From NCBI GenBank assembly GCA_021825655.1, contig JAKAGU010000001.1:50358-114357 (forward strand): DNA of 64,000 bases, in the 5' to 3' direction. How positions within the stretch are numbered: position 1 is the stretch's first letter; each line of letters starts with the position of its first letter. Source of the DNA: a bacterium (GTDB taxonomy: Bacteria > Patescibacteriota > Doudnabacteria > UBA920). Position numbers and translations under genes: made by a program. A model generated the notes under the pieces. That model made no database searches. It worked only from the letters and a program-made list of their open reading frames with translations, and was not told the DNA's origin. Positions 60,224 through 64,000 of this stretch are shown here, piece after piece.

Positions 60224-61729
60224 ATGATTGCCAAGGTTTATTCCGCTGCGGTCATTGGCCTGGATGCAGCGCGGGTAGAAGTGGAGGCCGATGTGTCCAA
60301 CGGCCTGCCAACAACTATAGTGGTGGGGCTGCCTGATGCGGCAGTGCAGGAATCCCGCGAGCGGGTGAAAGCCGCAATCAAAAATTCCGGGCTAAACTAT
60401 CCGCCCACGCGCGTGTCTGTGAACCTCGCGCCGGCCGACGTGCCGAAACTGGGTACGGTTTTCGACCTGCCCATTGCCCTAGCCGTGCTCTTGGCTTCCG
60501 AACAAGTGGCTTTTTCGCCTGAACACCGAATGTTTTTAGGCGAACTTTCCTTGGACGACCGCCTCCGCAGCGTGCCCGGCGTTTTGGCTGTGGCTTTAGC
60601 CGCCCGGGCCAGAGGAGATGTGGAAATTTTTGTACCGGCGGAAAATGCCGCAGAAGCGGCCCTGGTGGCGGGGCTCAAAGTTTTTGCCGCGCCCAGCCTG
60701 AAGGTTTTGCTGGAACATCTTTTGGGCGTTAGGCTAATTGTGCCGGAGCCGGAAATCCAAGCAGATAAGATTTTTAAAAATAGCCAGCCCATTTTGGACA
60801 TGAAAGATATTGCCGGACAGGAAATGGCCAAGCGGGCTTTGGAAATTGCAGCTGCGGGCGGCCATAATGTGCTGGTCAGCGGTCCGCCCGGCAGCGGCAA
60901 AACCCTATTGGCCCGAGCCATGACGGGCATTTTGCCCGATTTGTCCATGGAAGAAGCTTTGGAGCTCACAAAAATTTACAGTATTTCCGGAAAACTTGCC
61001 GGCAGTTTTGTGACCAGCCGGCCCGTGCGCAGCCCGCACCATACAACCTCGAATGTGGCCTTGGTCGGCGGCGGCGCTTTTCCCCGCCCGGGCGAGATTA
61101 CCTTGTCCCACCGGGGTATTTTATTTTTGGACGAATTTCCCGAATTTCCCCGCAACGTGCTGGAAGCCTTGCGCCAGCCTTTGGAGGACGGCGTGGTAAC
61201 GGTTTCCCGCGCTTCCGGCAGCCTGACTTTCCCCGCCAAATTTACTTTGGTGGCGGCCCAGAACCCTTGTCCCTGCGGCTATTATGGCGACAGTCAAAAG
61301 CGCTGTCAGTGCACGCCCGCGCAAATTTTTAAATACCAGAAGAAAATTTCCGGTCCGCTTTTGGACCGGATAGACTTGCACGTGGAGGTGCCGCGGCTGC
61401 CTTACGAAAAATTGGCCGCTGAAAACCGGGGAGAGGTATCGGCGGTGTTTAAGGCCCGGGTGGAGAAGGCGCGCGGCGTGCAGTCTGCCCGGTTTGGCCG
61501 CGCCAAAACCAATTCCGAAATGAGCCTGGTGGAATTGAGGCAATATTGCGCTTTGGCTGAACCCGAACAGGTACTGCTCAAGCAGGCCATGAAGCAGTTT
61601 GGGTTTTCGGGCCGCAGCCTTCACCGCATTTTGAAAGTGGCCCGCACTATTGCCGATCTTTCCAGCAGCGAAAGTATTGCCCTTGAGCACCTGGCCGAAG
61701 CCGTGCAGTATCGGCCAAAAACCGAGTGA
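60224..61729 (+). CDS. comM: YifB/ComM family Mg-chelatase-like AAA+ ATPase
   Basis: 501 aa. N-terminal Lon-like domain (MIAKVYSAAVIGLDA), Walker A GPPGSGKT, C-terminal ChlI-like domain. Confidence 0.85.
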   Translation: MIAKVYSAAVIGLDAARVEVEADVSNGLPTTIVVGLPDAAVQESRERVKAAIKNSGLNYPPTRVSVNLAPADVPKLGTVFDLPIALAVLLASEQVAFSPEHRMFLGELSLDDRLRSVPGVLAVALAARARGDVEIFVPAENAAEAALVAGLKVFAAPSLKVLLEHLLGVRLIVPEPEIQADKIFKNSQPILDMKDIAGQEMAKRALEIAAAGGHNVLVSGPPGSGKTLLARAMTGILPDLSMEEALELTKIYSISGKLAGSFVTSRPVRSPHHTTSNVALVGGGAFPRPGEITLSHRGILFLDEFPEFPRNVLEALRQPLEDGVVTVSRASGSLTFPAKFTLVAAQNPCPCGYYGDSQKRCQCTPAQIFKYQKKISGPLLDRIDLHVEVPRLPYEKLAAENRGEVSAVFKARVEKARGVQSARFGRAKTNSEMSLVELRQYCALAEPEQVLLKQAMKQFGFSGRSLHRILKVARTIADLSSSESIALEHLAEAVQYRPKTE

Positions 61730-61772
61730 TGGTGGCGGCGGGCACCTCGGTGTTGTATAATAAGGTTAAGTT

Positions 61773-62681
61773 TTGAAAATTGAATTACCCAAACAATTAC
61801 CCACTATGGCGCAAAAGAAAGTTCGTAAAGCAATCATTCCCGCAGCAGGTTTTGGCACCCGGTTTTTGCCGGCAACGAAAGCCATGCCCAAAGAGATGCT
61901 GCCCATCGTCGACAAACCCATCATCCAGTACGTGGTGGAAGAGGCGGTTGCTGCAGGCATTGAAGATATTGTAATAGTGACCGGCTGGCATAAGCGCACT
62001 ATTGAAGACCATTTTGATTATCCGTTTGAACTGGAAAAACGCTTGGAGCAGGCCGGCAAGCACGAGCAGGCGGAAGAAGTCAGGAAGATTGCCGAGCTTG
62101 CGAATTTTATTTATATTCGCCAAAAGGGCACGTACGGCAATGGCACGCCCGTGCTTAACGCCCGCCAGGTTATCGGCGACGAGCCGTTTGCCGTGCTGTG
62201 GGGCGATGAATTTATTTACTCCAACCCTCCGCGGCTCAAACAGATGATGGACGCCTGGGAAAAGTACGGGGTCCCCAATATTTCCGCAGTCCGGGTTCCC
62301 GAGTCATCGGTGGATCGTTATGGCATTGCGGATATTTCAGACGTCGCACCCGGGGTGTTTAAAATCAACAAGATGGTGGAAAAACCGGCTATTGGCACGG
62401 CGCCTTCCAATTTGGCCGCGCATGGCGCCTATATTATGCCGCCGCGGATTTTTGACCTGCTGTCCGAAGCCAAACCGGGCAAGGGGGGAGAGATTTGGCT
62501 GCCCGAAGCCGTGGACAAGCTGGCTCAGGAACAGGATGTTTACGCGATTGAAATTCAAAACGGCCGCTACTATGACACGGGCAACAAGCTGGAATATTTG
62601 AAAGCCGTGGTGGAGTTCGGTCTCAAGCATGAAGATTTGCGCCAGGAATTTTCCGGGTATTTAAAAAATTTGAAAATATAA
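61773..62681 (+). CDS. galU: UTP--glucose-1-phosphate uridylyltransferase
   Basis: 302 aa. KAIIPAAGFGTRFLPATKAMPKEMLPIVDKPIIQY is the GalU signature. The likely ATG start is 11 codons into the tracked ORF. Confidence 0.85.
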   Translation: MKIELPKQLPTMAQKKVRKAIIPAAGFGTRFLPATKAMPKEMLPIVDKPIIQYVVEEAVAAGIEDIVIVTGWHKRTIEDHFDYPFELEKRLEQAGKHEQAEEVRKIAELANFIYIRQKGTYGNGTPVLNARQVIGDEPFAVLWGDEFIYSNPPRLKQMMDAWEKYGVPNISAVRVPESSVDRYGIADISDVAPGVFKINKMVEKPAIGTAPSNLAAHGAYIMPPRIFDLLSEAKPGKGGEIWLPEAVDKLAQEQDVYAIEIQNGRYYDTGNKLEYLKAVVEFGLKHEDLRQEFSGYLKNLKI

Positions 62682-62694
62682 AACCAAATCTTTT

Positions 62695-63999
62695 ATGAAA
62701 CAAAAACCTTTAGCCCGTTTTTATAAAATCGCCGCCGTAGTTATGTCCGTAGCCTTTCTGGCAGCGGGCTGCGGCTCAAAGAGCACCGGCAACACCGGGC
62801 CGATAACCATCAAAATTTGGAAGACGTTTGAAGACAGCGACAACCTGCAGGCGCTTTTTGACGAGTATCAGCAGAAGCACCCGAACGTGCAAATTGTTTA
62901 TACCAAGAAAAACGTCGACACTTATGAAGCCGATTTGGTGGACGCCCTGGCTTCCGGCAGCGGACCGGATATTTTTTCCATCCACAATGACTGGCTGCCC
63001 AGGTACTTGGACAAGATTTCGCCCGCGCCCGACGCCACTTTTTTGTACAAGGACTACAAGAACACCTTCGTAGATACGGTGGTGCAGGATTTCACCAAGG
63101 ACAATAAAATTTACGGCACAGCCATGGCTGTGGATTCTTTGGGCCTTTATTACAACAAGGACATTATGGGCAGCGCAGGTATTGCCGTGCCGCCAAAAAC
63201 TTGGGACGAGCTGGCCGCGCATGTCCAACGGCTTAAGAAGAGCGACGGCAAGGGGTATTTTACCCGCAGCGGCGTAGCCATGGGTACCAACAGCAATGTG
63301 AACCGGGCCGTGGATATTTTGTATTTGCTCATGCTGCAGAAACGGACCGTACCGTTTAATGCGGACGGTACTGAGCCCATGTTCAACCAGGACATCAGCG
63401 CTAACGGTAACCGGGTTTATCCCGGGCAGGCGGCTTTGGACTTTTATACTTCGTTTGCCAATCCGGTCAGTATGAATTACAACTGGAACGCCCGCAGCGA
63501 CTACTCCATTGATGCGTTTGCCAACGGCCGGGCTGCCTATCTCTACTCTTATTCCTATACCCGGCAGTCCTTGCTGCAAAAAAACCCTAACCTGAATTTT
63601 GATGTGGCGCCGGTGCCCCAGCCGGATTTGGACCAGCCCGCCGTCAACTTTTCCAACTACTGGGGCGAGGTGGTATCCAAGCAGAGCAAAAACCAGGCCG
63701 TGGCCTGGGATTTGCTTAAATTTTTGTCCAGCAAAAATTCCCTGGACAAGTACTATGCCAAAAACAAGCAGCCGTCTTCCCGGAAAGACATGATTGAGTT
63801 GCAGATTAACGATCCGGAAATTGGCGTGTTTGCCAATGCCAACTTGACGGCCAAGTCTTTTTATAAGCCCAGCCAGGTGAAGATTGATGATATTTTTGCC
63901 AAGGCTATCGACAATGTCATCCTAAACGGCGTGAGTATTAATGACGCCATGTCGCAAGCCGAACAGCAAGCCGCAGTGGTGGCCAGGAGCTACCAGTAG
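62695..63999 (+). CDS. ABC transporter extracellular solute-binding lipoprotein (family 1, carbohydrate-type)
   Basis: 434 aa with a lipoprotein signal and lipobox (VAFLAAGCGS). SBP_bac_1-like fold. Complete within the window (stop at 63997-63999). Confidence 0.75.
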   Translation: MKQKPLARFYKIAAVVMSVAFLAAGCGSKSTGNTGPITIKIWKTFEDSDNLQALFDEYQQKHPNVQIVYTKKNVDTYEADLVDALASGSGPDIFSIHNDWLPRYLDKISPAPDATFLYKDYKNTFVDTVVQDFTKDNKIYGTAMAVDSLGLYYNKDIMGSAGIAVPPKTWDELAAHVQRLKKSDGKGYFTRSGVAMGTNSNVNRAVDILYLLMLQKRTVPFNADGTEPMFNQDISANGNRVYPGQAALDFYTSFANPVSMNYNWNARSDYSIDAFANGRAAYLYSYSYTRQSLLQKNPNLNFDVAPVPQPDLDQPAVNFSNYWGEVVSKQSKNQAVAWDLLKFLSSKNSLDKYYAKNKQPSSRKDMIELQINDPEIGVFANANLTAKSFYKPSQVKIDDIFAKAIDNVILNGVSINDAMSQAEQQAAVVARSYQ

Positions 64000-64000
64000 C

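Noticed and set aside
61773-61805. TTG/GTG-initiated N-terminal extensions in the ORF track (galU, hsp20, GT28, rlmH, murA, membrane protein at 27344..28225)
   Set aside because: The track extends ORFs to the most upstream alternative start codon. In each case a downstream ATG coincides with the start of the conserved domain or avoids overlap with an adjacent tRNA or gene, so I treat the internal ATG as the more likely start.
1-64000. CRISPR arrays, integrases, transposases, and restriction-modification or toxin-antitoxin loci
   Set aside because: I found no regularly spaced direct repeats of CRISPR type. No ORF has integrase, transposase or methyltransferase catalytic motifs. The only repeat family found is the three CACGTG palindromes reported above.

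Overview
This 64 kb window reads as the chromosomal replication-origin neighbourhood of a small-genome bacterium, with about 48-50% GC outside one island. Its gene content is Gram-positive-like or candidate-phyla-radiation-like, but the lineage cannot be fixed from sequence alone. The core block is recF-dnaN-dnaA on the minus strand followed by rpmH-rnpA-yidD-yidC-jag on the plus strand, with DnaA-box clusters in both intergenic regions flanking dnaA. The rest is mostly housekeeping and envelope functions: a PBP1A, tyrS, ruvC, yebC, rsmI, gyrA, rpsA, infB-rbfA-nrnA, murA, a murF-like ligase, ddl, rnhB, ftsK, a rodZ-like gene, recA, lspA, comM and galU. I count 12 tRNA genes and one truncated tRNA copy, several with rare anticodons (UAU, CCU, CGG, CGA, CGC, GAG). 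The features I would look at first are these. A roughly 2.1 kb island of about 60% GC sits between two tRNA clusters and carries an RNHCP zinc-ribbon gene plus a translationally coupled phosphoribosyltransferase-like / OMP-decarboxylase-like pair. A roughly 440 nt non-coding stretch is bounded by a consensus sigma70 promoter and an intrinsic terminator, is flanked by two perfect DnaA boxes, and contains at least five clean hairpins, so it is a candidate novel structured RNA. Three copies of the 10-bp palindrome ACCACGTGGT lie at the 5' end of an O-antigen-ligase-like gene. tRNA-Ile(UAU) has a truncated upstream paralogue. An XRE-type helix-turn-helix is fused to MurA. A DinG-like protein next to recA keeps an intact exonuclease domain but has degenerate helicase motifs. 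A conserved ~35-aa GW-motif domain is shared by two unrelated membrane proteins. Five genes (SDR, aspartase-like lyase, cyclase, small membrane protein, GT28 glycosyltransferase) are linked by overlapping starts and stops. Coordinates for RNA genes and sites were counted by hand and may be off by 1-2 nt. CDS coordinates follow the ORF track except where I chose an internal start.
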